Origin: a virus
Lineage: Duplodnaviria > Caudoviricetes
DNA: 58,509 bases
IMG/VR virus record: IMGVR_UViG_3300005611_000027
Location: 1 to 58,509 of that record
Reading direction: 5' to 3' (one strand)
Shown here: piece after piece, positions 29,268 to 37,551 of the stretch
Layout of the letters: each line of letters starts with the position of its first letter
Position numbering within the stretch: position 1 is the first letter of the stretch
Notes under the pieces: generated by a model
Seen by the model: the letters and a program-made list of their open reading frames with translations, nothing else
Database searches by the model: none
Told to the model about the DNA's origin: nothing
Made by a program: the position numbers and the translations under genes

Positions 29268-31162
29268 TGTCGGGGTTTCGGCTTATGGCATTCGGGCCGA
29301 CAAGCGATTGGGTGCCCCCGGCAGAACTGCCCGACATCTTCAGTGCGAAGAAGATCGCGATTGACGTTGAAACACGCGACCCGGACCTGAAGAAGAACGG
29401 GCCCGGCTGGCCTACAGGAAACGGCGAGGTTGTCGGTTATGCGGTCGCGACAGAAGAGTGGGCTGGGTATCTCCCGGTCAATCATCTGGGCGGCGGCAAC
29501 CTAGACAAGCGTCTGGTCAACAAGTGGCTCAAGAAGGTATTCGAGTGCCCTGCGGACAAGATCATGCACAACGCCCAGTACGACATGGGCTGGATCAAGC
29601 AGATGGGCTTCACCATCAACGGACGCGTCATCGACACGATGCTGATTGCGTCCCTGCTGGACGAGAACCGCTTCAGCTATTCGCTCAACGCCCTGTCCTA
29701 CGACTATCTCAACAAGACCAAGTCGGAGAAAGCCCTGATAGAGGCGGCCCGTGAGTTCGGGCTCGACCCCAAGTCCGAGATGTGGAAGATGCCCGCGCCG
29801 TTTGTCGGGCCCTACGCCCAAGCAGATGCCGAGCTTACGCTGGAACTATGGGCACGGTTCTCCTCTGAACTCAGCAAGGAAGAGCTCTGGCCCATCGCGA
29901 ACCTTGAACTCGATCTCCTGCCCTGTCTGGTAGACATGACGTTCCGGGGTGTCCGGGTCGATCTCGACCGGGTGGAGAAGACGCGTGATTACCTTTTGAA
30001 AAAAGAGAAGAATGTCCTCAAAGAAATACGGCGAGTTGCGGGCAAAGATGTCGAAATCTGGGCAGCCAAGTCCTTGGCCGAAGCATTTGACGAAGTCGGC
30101 GTCCCCTACCCCAAGACTGAAAAAGGTGCGCCATCTTTCACGAAGGCGTTTCTTTCAGAGCATCCGCACGAACTTCCCCGCCTGATTACGCAAGCGCGGA
30201 ACCTGAACAAGACCAGCGGTACGTTCATCAACACCATCCTGACCCACTGCCATGATGACGGGCGCATCCACGCGCACATCAACCAGATCCGGTCGGACAA
30301 TGGCGGGACGGTGTCGGGCCGTATATCAATGAACAACCCCAACCTGCAACAGATCCCGGCCCGCGATCCAGAGCTTGGACCCATGATCCGGTCGCTCTTC
30401 CTGCCGGAAGAAGATCAGCAGTGGGCGGCCATTGACTACTCGCAGCAAGAACCGCGGATCTTGGTCCATTACGCTCACGTCTACGGCAAGAGCCGCGGAT
30501 CAGAATTGTCCGGTGCGGCAGAGTTTGTCGAGGCGTACAACACGGACCCCAACACCGACTTTCATACGATGGTCGCAGAGATGGCGAACATTCCGCGTAA
30601 GCAGGCCAAGATCATCAACCTCGGGATGATGTACGGCATGGGCGTGAACAAGCTTTCTGAACAGCTAGACATCCCTGTCGATGACGCCAAGGCCCTCGTC
30701 CGTCAGTACCACGACCGGGTGCCGTTCGTTAAAGGTCTGATGAACGGCGTGATGAACAGGCTGAACGAGCGCAGTAGTAGCGGGTCGATACGATCTATCC
30801 TCGGTCGCAAGTGCCGATTTGATCTCTGGGAGCCCGACACGTTCGCCATGAACAAGGCGATGCCGTATCGCGAAGCGGTGCAGGAGTATGGCGAGACCAC
30901 CCGTCTCAAGCGGGCCTACACCTACAAAGCACTGAACCGCCTGATCCAAGCGTCCGCTGCCGACATGACCAAGAAAGCGATGGTCGATATATACGCCACG
31001 GGCCGCGTGCCTCTGATACAGGTGCACGACGAAATCGCCATGTCGGTGTCGGGGCGGGAAGAGGCGGAAGAGATCGCCAACATTATGAAGGCCGCTGTGC
31101 CGTTGGAGGTTCCCGCTCAGTGTGATATAGAAATAGGTGCAAGTTGGGGTGAAGCGGAATGA
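29267..31162 (+). CDS. polA: Family A DNA polymerase with 3'-5' exonuclease
   Basis: DVET, HNAQYD, DYSQQEPR, KIINLGMMYG, QVHDE. Confidence 0.95.
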   Translation: MSGFRLMAFGPTSDWVPPAELPDIFSAKKIAIDVETRDPDLKKNGPGWPTGNGEVVGYAVATEEWAGYLPVNHLGGGNLDKRLVNKWLKKVFECPADKIMHNAQYDMGWIKQMGFTINGRVIDTMLIASLLDENRFSYSLNALSYDYLNKTKSEKALIEAAREFGLDPKSEMWKMPAPFVGPYAQADAELTLELWARFSSELSKEELWPIANLELDLLPCLVDMTFRGVRVDLDRVEKTRDYLLKKEKNVLKEIRRVAGKDVEIWAAKSLAEAFDEVGVPYPKTEKGAPSFTKAFLSEHPHELPRLITQARNLNKTSGTFINTILTHCHDDGRIHAHINQIRSDNGGTVSGRISMNNPNLQQIPARDPELGPMIRSLFLPEEDQQWAAIDYSQQEPRILVHYAHVYGKSRGSELSGAAEFVEAYNTDPNTDFHTMVAEMANIPRKQAKIINLGMMYGMGVNKLSEQLDIPVDDAKALVRQYHDRVPFVKGLMNGVMNRLNERSSSGSIRSILGRKCRFDLWEPDTFAMNKAMPYREAVQEYGETTRLKRAYTYKALNRLIQASAADMTKKAMVDIYATGRVPLIQVHDEIAMSVSGREEAEEIANIMKAAVPLEVPAQCDIEIGASWGEAE

Positions 31163-31191
31163 CGCTCCCTCTCTGGCTCCTCCCTTGAACT

Positions 31192-31217
31192 GACCCCGCT
31201 TCGGCGGGGTCTTTTTT
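31192..31217 (+). terminator. Intrinsic terminator after polA
   Basis: GACCCCGC-TTCG-GCGGGGTC-TTTTTT. Confidence 0.9.
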
Positions 31218-31270
31218 GTCTTGCGCTAACCAACTTATCGTATATATTCGCAGGCGAAAGGAGGTGAAAT

Positions 31271-31417
31271 ATGGATACCACCAAATGGAAGTCTGTTCTG
31301 GTTCCTATCGAGGTCTATCTCGACATCAAAGAGATGGCCAAGAAGCAGGGCCGCACGATCAGCGGTCAGCTAAAGATCATGCACAAAGACTTTAAGGAAC
31401 ATAACCCGGATGGCTAA
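31271..31417 (+). CDS. Ribbon-helix-helix (Arc-like) regulator, 48 aa
   Basis: MDTTKWKSVLVPIEVYLDIKEMAKKQGRTISGQL; AGGAGG RBS. Confidence 0.7.
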   Translation: MDTTKWKSVLVPIEVYLDIKEMAKKQGRTISGQLKIMHKDFKEHNPDG

Positions 31418-31544
31418 GAAGACCACAGGTCCGGTTTACACTGTCCCTTTCAAGAAGAAGACTACGATTGGGAACAGCAATCGCACTCGTCCTAAAAGTA
31501 AGGACCAGCGGCGCAACTTCAAAAAGTACAGGGGTCAAGGATGA
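31410..31544 (+). CDS. 44-aa basic peptide ending KKYRGQG
   Basis: Overlapping ORF with a C-terminus recalled from marine phage peptides. Confidence 0.65.
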   Translation: MAKKTTGPVYTVPFKKKTTIGNSNRTRPKSKDQRRNFKKYRGQG

Positions 31545-31662
31545 TTGAGACAATCGTGGCAATAGCCGCGCTTAACTTTGCGATAAACGTCGTGGTGTGG
31601 GTCGCCACCAATGCTTGAAGCAAGGATGGTGTGCCTCACCACGGCAATAGGTTACTGAAAAC

Positions 31663-31884
31663 ATGAAGAAAATTGTCCACATAAATCAGCACGTTATTCG
31701 GTCTAACGCAAAGAGTGGTGAGCGTAAGCCCGTCATTACGGTCAAAACATACAAGTCGAATGACTATGCCAATGGGGTAACGATTAACGGCCCATGTAAG
31801 ATCGTTTATAGCCCCGAAAAGCCTTTGTCTTGTGGGGCAAAGGTCTGGATTGAAACTGAAAGCGAGGTAGAAATCAATGCTTGA
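31663..31884 (+). CDS. Conserved small phage protein
   Basis: IVHINQH.IR.N...PVITVK...KPLSCGAKVWIET. Confidence 0.75.
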   Translation: MKKIVHINQHVIRSNAKSGERKPVITVKTYKSNDYANGVTINGPCKIVYSPEKPLSCGAKVWIETESEVEINA

Positions 31885-32308
31885 AACAATGGTGGTCTGC
31901 CTCGCCACGGCTGTTTATTTTGAGGCAAGGGGAGAGCCACGCGTTGGCCAGCAAGCCGTCGCGCATGTGGTTCTGAACAGGGTCCGTGATCCGCGGTTCC
32001 CGAATAACGTCTGTGATGTCGTAGAGCAGGGACCACGGTACAAGTGGAACCCCGACATCCCCGTCAAGCATCGCTGCCAGTTCAGCTACTATTGCGACGG
32101 CAAGAGCGACGAGCCGAAGGACGAGAAATCGTACAAGCGAGCTTACAACATTGCGTTGAGAGCCATCGCCGGGGGATCAGACGATCCGACCGAAGGCGCA
32201 ACGCATTATCACGCGCACTATGTTTACCCCGAGTGGGGTACGCATGAGCGCCGGGTGGTCCGTATCAACGACCACATCTTCTACAAGTGGGAGAGAGCCG
32301 ATGGATGA
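31877..32308 (+). CDS. Cell wall hydrolase (SleB/Hydrolase_2)
   Basis: YFEARGE...AVAHVVLNRV...CQFS.YCDG...GATHYHA...HIFY. Confidence 0.92.
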   Translation: MLETMVVCLATAVYFEARGEPRVGQQAVAHVVLNRVRDPRFPNNVCDVVEQGPRYKWNPDIPVKHRCQFSYYCDGKSDEPKDEKSYKRAYNIALRAIAGGSDDPTEGATHYHAHYVYPEWGTHERRVVRINDHIFYKWERADG

Positions 32309-32459
32309 TATCGAATGCCCCGACTGTGGCGGCATAGGAAAGGTCGAAGACGAGTATCAGGTGGGCGGTTACGATCCGGACCCGTGGACCGAGGTCCGTG
32401 TGAGGTGGATCGAGTGCGAACGATGCGGTGGTTGGGGCGAGGTCAAGGCAGATGACTAA
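32301..32459 (+). CDS. Small Zn-finger protein
   Basis: CPDCGGIG...CERCGGWG. Confidence 0.7.
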   Translation: MDDIECPDCGGIGKVEDEYQVGGYDPDPWTEVRVRWIECERCGGWGEVKADD

Positions 32460-32525
32460 TGTGACAGATTACTATGAAGAAGTGCTGCTACGATGACTAA
32501 TGTGACAGATTACTATGAAGAAGTG
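32451..32525 (+). repeat. Tandem duplication of a gene start (34-nt identity, 41-nt period)
   Basis: GATGACTAATGTGACAGATTACTATGAAGAAGTG at 32451 and 32492. Confidence 0.95.
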
Positions 32526-32732
32526 TTGCTGCTTCGCAAGAAGGTCGAGAAGTACGAGACCATTCTGAAACATGCAATGTCTGAAAAGACCGGTGTGTTC
32601 TTCATCTGCGGCGAAGCAGGTGAGAAAGATAGTATGGGCTTACCTGAGAAGATTATGGTTTGCCCTACGTATGGTTTGGACGGCTTTGCCTCGTATAAGA
32701 AGGACAGAGACTACTCTGCTCCGGGATGGTGA
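32493..32732 (+). CDS. Hypothetical protein
   Basis: 79-aa ORF, FFICGE...GLPEKIMVCP.YG. Confidence 0.7.
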   Translation: MTNVTDYYEEVLLLRKKVEKYETILKHAMSEKTGVFFICGEAGEKDSMGLPEKIMVCPTYGLDGFASYKKDRDYSAPGW

Positions 32733-32738
32733 GGGATA

Positions 32739-32900
32739 ATGACTGATTGCCTGCACTGCGGAGCGCCTATGATTATAGGTGGCAACCACGACTGTGAGGA
32801 GTACGATGACGAGTACATCATCGTCACAAACTACAGTTGCCCGGAATGTCACGCGTTCATGCTGTTCTATACTCCTAACGAAGAGACAGCGCCTCAATAG
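32739..32900 (+). CDS. Small Zn-ribbon protein (53 aa)
   Basis: CLHCG...IVTNYSCPEC; GAGG RBS. Confidence 0.7.
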   Translation: MTDCLHCGAPMIIGGNHDCEEYDDEYIIVTNYSCPECHAFMLFYTPNEETAPQ

Positions 32901-33276
32901 CCGCGGCCCACGAATCTTCTTCTAAATTATCCGTCCGAAAAACCGTCGCCGGTAGACGAACCGTCTTCTGGGTAACGGCAGAAGTGGTCCGAAACAGAAC
33001 GCGCTCTGTATCAGCCGCGACCAGCGCCACGATCTCCGAGCCAGATTTATCCAAGCTACGTTTCTCTGCGCCAGCGTTCGTGGAGAACTGATAGTAGAGC
33101 GTCTTCCGGTCTTTCCTGATAACCGACGACTTGACTTGGATCCGGAGCAACTGCCCACGGACCTCGGCTATGAGGTCCGCTTCGTTGTAGTTCACGATAG
33201 CGCAGTCCACCCCAAGCTTCATAAGCTTGAGAGCGCAGATCAGTTCGCCAATCGTCCCTCGCCGGATGTTCAGCAT
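32875..33276 (-). CDS. Free-standing PD-(D/E)xK endonuclease (homing-endonuclease-like)
   Basis: G.IGE...ADLIAE.....RIQVKS. Confidence 0.75.
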   Translation of the reverse strand: MLNIRRGTIGELICALKLMKLGVDCAIVNYNEADLIAEVRGQLLRIQVKSSVIRKDRKTLYYQFSTNAGAEKRSLDKSGSEIVALVAADTERVLFRTTSAVTQKTVRLPATVFRTDNLEEDSWAAAIEALSLR

Positions 33277-33306
33277 AAAAAAAATTATACAAACGTATTT
33301 TTCAAA

Positions 33307-33335
33307 TTGCATCCACGAATGCGCTGATATAGGAT
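33307..33335 (+). promoter_or_regulatory. Sigma70-like promoter of candidate sRNA
   Basis: TTGCAT-17-TAGGAT preceded by an AT-rich tract. Confidence 0.6.
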
Positions 33336-33340
33336 ACTCA

Positions 33341-33426
33341 AGCTGGACGTTTTACTCATGGGCGGCCCGGCATGACTCCTTGTGGAAACGGTCCCCTTTT
33401 GTCTCCGGGGGCCGTTTCTTTTTTAT
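33341..33426 (+). ncRNA. Candidate trans-acting anti-RBS small RNA
   Basis: Own promoter and terminator, no credible ORF; TGACTCCTTGTG and TTTGTCTCC are exact complements of cassette-gene leaders. Confidence 0.6.
33385..33426 (+). terminator. Intrinsic terminator
   Basis: GAAACGGTCCCC-loop-GGGGGCCGTTTC-TTTTTT. Confidence 0.85.
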
Positions 33427-33455
33427 TTGACATACTCGCATACGGGATCTACGCT
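33427..33455 (+). promoter_or_regulatory. Sigma70-like promoter
   Basis: TTGACA-17-TACGCT. Confidence 0.7.
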
Positions 33456-33480
33456 GCCTCCATAAACAAAAGGAGGAGTT

Positions 33481-33705
33481 ATGCAATCCCGCATGATGAG
33501 TTTAGTTGAGGCCAATACCAACGCCGTGGTCGGCTTGGTGGTCTCTTGGTGCTTCACCTACTGGGGCCTGCCCTTGTTTGGTTTGGAGCCCAGCCCGGTC
33601 GAAGCGACCCAAATCACCGCCGTTTATTTCTTTCTAAGCGTAGGGCGATCTTACGTTCTGCGTCGTGTGTTTAACCATTTGCGCCCCCGGAGGTTTGTTC
33701 GATGA
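33481..33705 (+). CDS. Small two-TM membrane protein
   Basis: QSR..SLVEA.TN.VVG...RSYVLRR.F; AGGAGG RBS. Confidence 0.8.
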   Translation: MQSRMMSLVEANTNAVVGLVVSWCFTYWGLPLFGLEPSPVEATQITAVYFFLSVGRSYVLRRVFNHLRPRRFVR

Positions 33706-33932
33706 GTATCGCCAAGCGCCTTATAGAAGAAGAACTAAATAAACCCAGCCAAGAAGAACTAGACGAAATATACGAAGACAAACTCGTGCAGATCGTTGCC
33801 TCAAGAATGTCGTGGCAAGGGGCCTGCGCTCAAATGGACGATCTGATAAGATCTTCCCTCCGGCAAGACGATTTATCAAAAAAAGAGAGGGTAGAAATGC
33901 TCGCAGCATGGGAGAGGATACAGCGCGGGTGA
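33702..33932 (+). CDS. Hypothetical protein
   Basis: Coupled ORF with GGAGG RBS. Confidence 0.65.
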   Translation: MSIAKRLIEEELNKPSQEELDEIYEDKLVQIVASRMSWQGACAQMDDLIRSSLRQDDLSKKERVEMLAAWERIQRG

Positions 33933-34195
33933 TCGATTTCGATGACGAGGATGACGATCAGAAGGAAGCTTATGCAAAAGCCATGAGCGCGATGATTGAT
34001 CTGTCAAAAGAGTTGGAGAATTTACCGGAGTCCCCGCGCCTTGCGGGGATTACCACCGGAGCTTGTATCGAGCTTCTCCTGTCGCTGGACGATGTCGAGG
34101 ACATTATGTCGGTGATTGCAGCTTCCATGCACCATGCCCGAGCCATCTTGAACAGCGATTACCTTCACCACCAAGATACGGAGAAATTACATTGA
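33929..34195 (+). CDS. Hypothetical acidic protein
   Basis: GTGA overlap, GAGG upstream. Confidence 0.6.
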   Translation: MIDFDDEDDDQKEAYAKAMSAMIDLSKELENLPESPRLAGITTGACIELLLSLDDVEDIMSVIAASMHHARAILNSDYLHHQDTEKLH

Positions 34196-34392
34196 TCCCC
34201 GGCAAAATTTACATGCAGGACAACAACCGAATGTGGCGGTTGGTCCAACAGATAGATGGCGACCTTTGGTTCGCCCACACAGTCGTAGCAGACAGCTTGC
34301 ACATGAAGGGCGTCAGCACGCCCATCCATGTCATCAACGTCTCTCACTTGGAGGAAGCCCCGGATGTGGAAAATGCCTTGGCAGCAAGATGA
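34192..34392 (+). CDS. Hypothetical protein
   Basis: TTGA overlap, GGAG RBS. Confidence 0.5.
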   Translation: MIPGKIYMQDNNRMWRLVQQIDGDLWFAHTVVADSLHMKGVSTPIHVINVSHLEEAPDVENALAAR

Positions 34393-34540
34393 CCATCCCA
34401 GCGACGTTGTCTGTCGCATGTTCTACGTCTATCGCAAAAACACGATGGACATCGCAAAAACTTTGAACATCAGAGAGTCCGAGGTGTGGAACCACCTCAA
34501 CGAGGGAGGCCAGAAGTGGCTGAAGAAGCACAAAAAATAA
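34364..34540 (+). CDS. Small HTH-like protein
   Basis: MDIAKTLNIRESEVWNHL; GGAGG RBS. Confidence 0.55.
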   Translation: MWKMPWQQDDHPSDVVCRMFYVYRKNTMDIAKTLNIRESEVWNHLNEGGQKWLKKHKK

Positions 34541-34899
34541 TGTTCGTGAGCAGCAAAACCCGAGCGGGCGTGAACGGGCGGGACATATCCTGCCCGCACT
34601 GCCTGCACGGGTCGCACGTTTTCCACTTCGATTGGGACGCGCTGGTCTGCCAGTCATGCAAGAGACCTGTCGATAAGACAGATTGGATCGATGAGACGGG
34701 CATGCACAACCGCCAGCGCGTTTTAGAGCGCAATAAGAAGCCCCCGGCATACGTCCCGGGCAACATGGGTCACCAAGAGCGCACAGAGAGCCAGCGTCAA
34801 AAAGAGATGAAGATAGCCGAGGCTATGTGGCGAGAAAGCGGCGCGGTTTTCGATGACGCAAAAGTACATGATGCAAAGGACATCCTATGGAAAACGTAA
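34540..34899 (+). CDS. Zn-ribbon-containing hypothetical protein
   Basis: TRAG.NG..I.CPHC...VFHF.W.AL.CQSC. Confidence 0.7.
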   Translation: MFVSSKTRAGVNGRDISCPHCLHGSHVFHFDWDALVCQSCKRPVDKTDWIDETGMHNRQRVLERNKKPPAYVPGNMGHQERTESQRQKEMKIAEAMWRESGAVFDDAKVHDAKDILWKT

Positions 34900-35222
34900 A
34901 TCTTCTGAACCTCAACCCGAACGAGTGGACGCTCGTCGGACACCGCAGCTACAAGAGCGGCACCATCGAATGGGACGTGCACCGCGAGTTCGCCGAGCGC
35001 ATGTTCGGCAAGTCCCACTTAGATCACATGGAAAAGAAAGACATGTTCCGCAAGTATGTGAAGCTTGCCGAGCAGGATGCCATCTGGCTCTTCCACCGTC
35101 GCGTGCCCGGCACCTCGACGTTCGATCTGATCGTCCTGCCAAAGAACACAAACAAGCCCGCCAAGCCGAACTACGCCGGGCCCATCCGAGTGATCGTCTC
35201 GGAGGATGAAGATGCTGCGTGA
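34887..35222 (+). CDS. Hypothetical protein
   Basis: 111-aa ORF with AAGGA RBS. Confidence 0.6.
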   Translation: MENVNLLNLNPNEWTLVGHRSYKSGTIEWDVHREFAERMFGKSHLDHMEKKDMFRKYVKLAEQDAIWLFHRRVPGTSTFDLIVLPKNTNKPAKPNYAGPIRVIVSEDEDAA

Positions 35223-35273
35223 ATTTGGCGGCACACCACTATCCGCTTTACTACTTGAGATGTATATGGACGG

Positions 35274-35840
35274 CTATTCGGGTGTGTTGAGGGCGGCGCG
35301 TGTCTCCTGCCATTGGCGCAGGTGGGTGCGAAGATTTTTGGACCATCCTTCTGCGCCTTCGTGTGCGTCCAGATGGTTAATCAACTGTTCCGCCTCAGAA
35401 ACGTACTCCCGCAGCCTCACGTTCTCGGCCTCTGCTGCTTCGGCAATTTTATGAGCGCGCTGTTCGTCTTCTGCACATTGCCGCGCCGTCGCCTCCAACT
35501 CCGCCACCTGTGCTTTCAGTGTGGTGATGGCTTGGGCGTTGTCCCAAAATTCCCGCTCCGACTTGGGCACCAGTTCATCCCCCGCACCATAGGTGGAGAC
35601 AGGGGCGCGGTCGGGCATGGACAGGGCCTTGAACAGTGTGGCCGCGCTGCACCCCTTCCTGATCGTGGTCGCAGGGGGCAGGGTCACATCGCACGGCAAA
35701 AGGTAGGTTGACAGGAATGTGTCTATCGCTAGGTCGGCGATGATGCCCGCCTCCTGCCCGTCCACTCCGTTGCGCTCCCATATGGCTTCACAGGCGGCGA
35801 TCCGCGCATCATCCTCTACCGCTTCATCATGGTTGCTCAT
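35274..35840 (-). CDS. Hypothetical protein of leftward operon
   Basis: AAGGAG RBS; LPCDV.LPPAT.IRKG motif plus coiled coil. Confidence 0.7.
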   Translation of the reverse strand: MSNHDEAVEDDARIAACEAIWERNGVDGQEAGIIADLAIDTFLSTYLLPCDVTLPPATTIRKGCSAATLFKALSMPDRAPVSTYGAGDELVPKSEREFWDNAQAITTLKAQVAELEATARQCAEDEQRAHKIAEAAEAENVRLREYVSEAEQLINHLDAHEGAEGWSKNLRTHLRQWQETRAALNTPE

Positions 35841-36177
35841 GTGACGCTCCTTCGTTGGTTTCGGGACACAGGTTGCCAATCCCGATCACGGCAATGTCGA
35901 TGTCTAGCGTTCCGAATGTGTCAAGCACGGCGGCGCGGTGATCTGCCCAAAGGCGTCGGGCAGGCCGTACTGTGAAGGAGGCGACCTGTCCACTCATGCG
36001 TCGGTGCTTTCCGTATCCACAGGACAACGTGACCTTGCGCCCAACCCGGCATGTGTTGGCGTTCCAACGTGGTCCGTGCCGCCGCAGTTCCTCGGACTTG
36101 CTGCCGCTCTCGAACGCCTCGTACCACTCGGTTTTCAGCGGTATAAACAGGGGCTTTGCCCCGTCATCCTTGTTCAT
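35827..36177 (-). CDS. ASCH-domain-like protein
   Basis: LFIPLKTEWYEAFESGSKSEELR...W...V.LSCGY; AAGGAG RBS. Confidence 0.75.
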   Translation of the reverse strand: MNKDDGAKPLFIPLKTEWYEAFESGSKSEELRRHGPRWNANTCRVGRKVTLSCGYGKHRRMSGQVASFTVRPARRLWADHRAAVLDTFGTLDIDIAVIGIGNLCPETNEGASHEQP

Positions 36178-36547
36178 CTTCAATCTCCTTGGCTCGTAGT
36201 GCTGCGGCTGTGAGGGCGAGGGACATGCTGCTCCCAATGCCAAGCACGGTATCAAGTGTCCCGATCTTGCCTAAGTGCATATATGTACGGTGGCCTGAAG
36301 CGGAGAACTCGACACGAATGATACGCCACCCCTCCGGCACCAGTCCCATAGCCGCTGTAAGGTCATAGGGTCGGGTGGTGTAGGTGGGCGGACGCATTGC
36401 AACCGCGTCGTATTTAGGGCTTTCATAAGTTCCTAATTGTGCCTCATTCTCCCATGCGTCCACATCATCAAACGTGGTGAATATCTCTGCATCCAGTTCC
36501 CGCGACCCCGCTTCCACTTCTTCCAGTCGTTCTATGAGTGTGGTCAT
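36164..36547 (-). CDS. Hypothetical phage protein
   Basis: GSRELDAEI...YT...AA..LVPEGW...ALTAAALRA. Confidence 0.7.
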   Translation of the reverse strand: MTTLIERLEEVEAGSRELDAEIFTTFDDVDAWENEAQLGTYESPKYDAVAMRPPTYTTRPYDLTAAMGLVPEGWRIIRVEFSASGHRTYMHLGKIGTLDTVLGIGSSMSLALTAAALRAKEIEDEQG

Positions 36548-36762
36548 CAGAACGTCCTCTTTGGGGGCTGATTGGAGACGGATTGCATGTGGTCCTGCCA
36601 CTTTCGGCCTTCATGCTCTGCGAGGCGCTGGCGGTACCACTCGCTTGCCTTGGTGTGGCCACAGACTTCGCAGAGCAGGTCAACAGATGGGTCGTTCACT
36701 GGGTTCACAACCTTGGCAGAACCACATTTGCCGCAGGTTATGGGGTCAAGATTGATCTTCAT
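36547..36762 (-). CDS. Zn-ribbon protein
   Basis: CGKCGS...CEVCGH; coupled. Confidence 0.6.
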   Translation of the reverse strand: MKINLDPITCGKCGSAKVVNPVNDPSVDLLCEVCGHTKASEWYRQRLAEHEGRKWQDHMQSVSNQPPKRTF

Positions 36763-37181
36763 TCTCCACCTTCCTTTTCACTGTTGGGCGGGGTTGGTAG
36801 AGGCATCCAGTGGGAAGCATCATCCAGCATGGCGAAGGGTGCGCTGTCGTCTAAACAGACCCAACACCAGCCGTCACCATCATTAGGGTCTTCGAGGGTT
36901 GGGCTTGGTTCCCAATCCATCCACCACGCTTCCACAGCGCCTTGCGCCAGCAGGATCAAAACAGGATCGCCGTTGAACGGTGCCACTCTAGGCAACTCGA
37001 TACGTCCCGCGCTTTCTTCATACTCAATCGGTTGCCAATGCATTGCATCCCGCTGCCCACGCTCATAGGCTTCGGTGAGGGCGGTGGTGATAATTTCGCG
37101 CCGCTTCACTGTGTCAGTGACCCGTGCCACCGCGTTCTCAATCTCCCGCGCCACTTCTTCCAGTGTTGGTGTGTCAGTCAT
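36759..37181 (-). CDS. DUF551-like protein
   Basis: WQPIE...P..G..VL...SHWMPLP.PP. Confidence 0.75.
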   Translation of the reverse strand: MTDTPTLEEVAREIENAVARVTDTVKRREIITTALTEAYERGQRDAMHWQPIEYEESAGRIELPRVAPFNGDPVLILLAQGAVEAWWMDWEPSPTLEDPNDGDGWCWVCLDDSAPFAMLDDASHWMPLPTPPNSEKEGGE

Positions 37182-37464
37182 TGGTCTTCCTCTCTATCTC
37201 TGCAAGGATGGCGCGGGCGACGCGATAGGCAAAATGTCTGCCTCGGCTGTCTAGGTCTTCCCAAGTCGTGTCCGGCGCATCGGTGCGGTGTTCGGCTTCT
37301 TCGTCAACCATCGTGGCCGCGAAAAATGCCTTCGCCACCCGCTCCACAAGTTCTTCTCCTGAAGGCGGGGAAACGGCGAGCATGAGGGCGTATGCTCGTT
37401 CGGAGCAGAAGCACGGACCATCGTGCTCGCAGAAGCCGTCAGCCGCTCTGTCGTGTTTGAGCAT
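37174..37464 (-). CDS. Hypothetical protein, first gene of leftward operon
   Basis: ELVERVAKA...W......VARAILA; leader CACACAAGAGGGG. Confidence 0.65.
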   Translation of the reverse strand: MLKHDRAADGFCEHDGPCFCSERAYALMLAVSPPSGEELVERVAKAFFAATMVDEEAEHRTDAPDTTWEDLDSRGRHFAYRVARAILAEIERKTND

Positions 37465-37551
37465 GTGTGTCCCCTCTTGTGTGTGTGTTGCTATCAATGT
37501 TATATAGATGTGAAAGCACTTCCCGCAAGGGCAAACGTAAGGATTTTTTTT

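Noticed and set aside
32875-33276. Group I intron around the PD-(D/E)xK endonuclease
   Set aside because: Flanking genes are not interrupted and no intron core was recognised.
33355-33385. Minus-strand gene using CACAAGGAGTC as its RBS
   Set aside because: ATG is only 2 nt from GGAG and gives a 5-aa ORF; promoter and terminator point in the plus direction.
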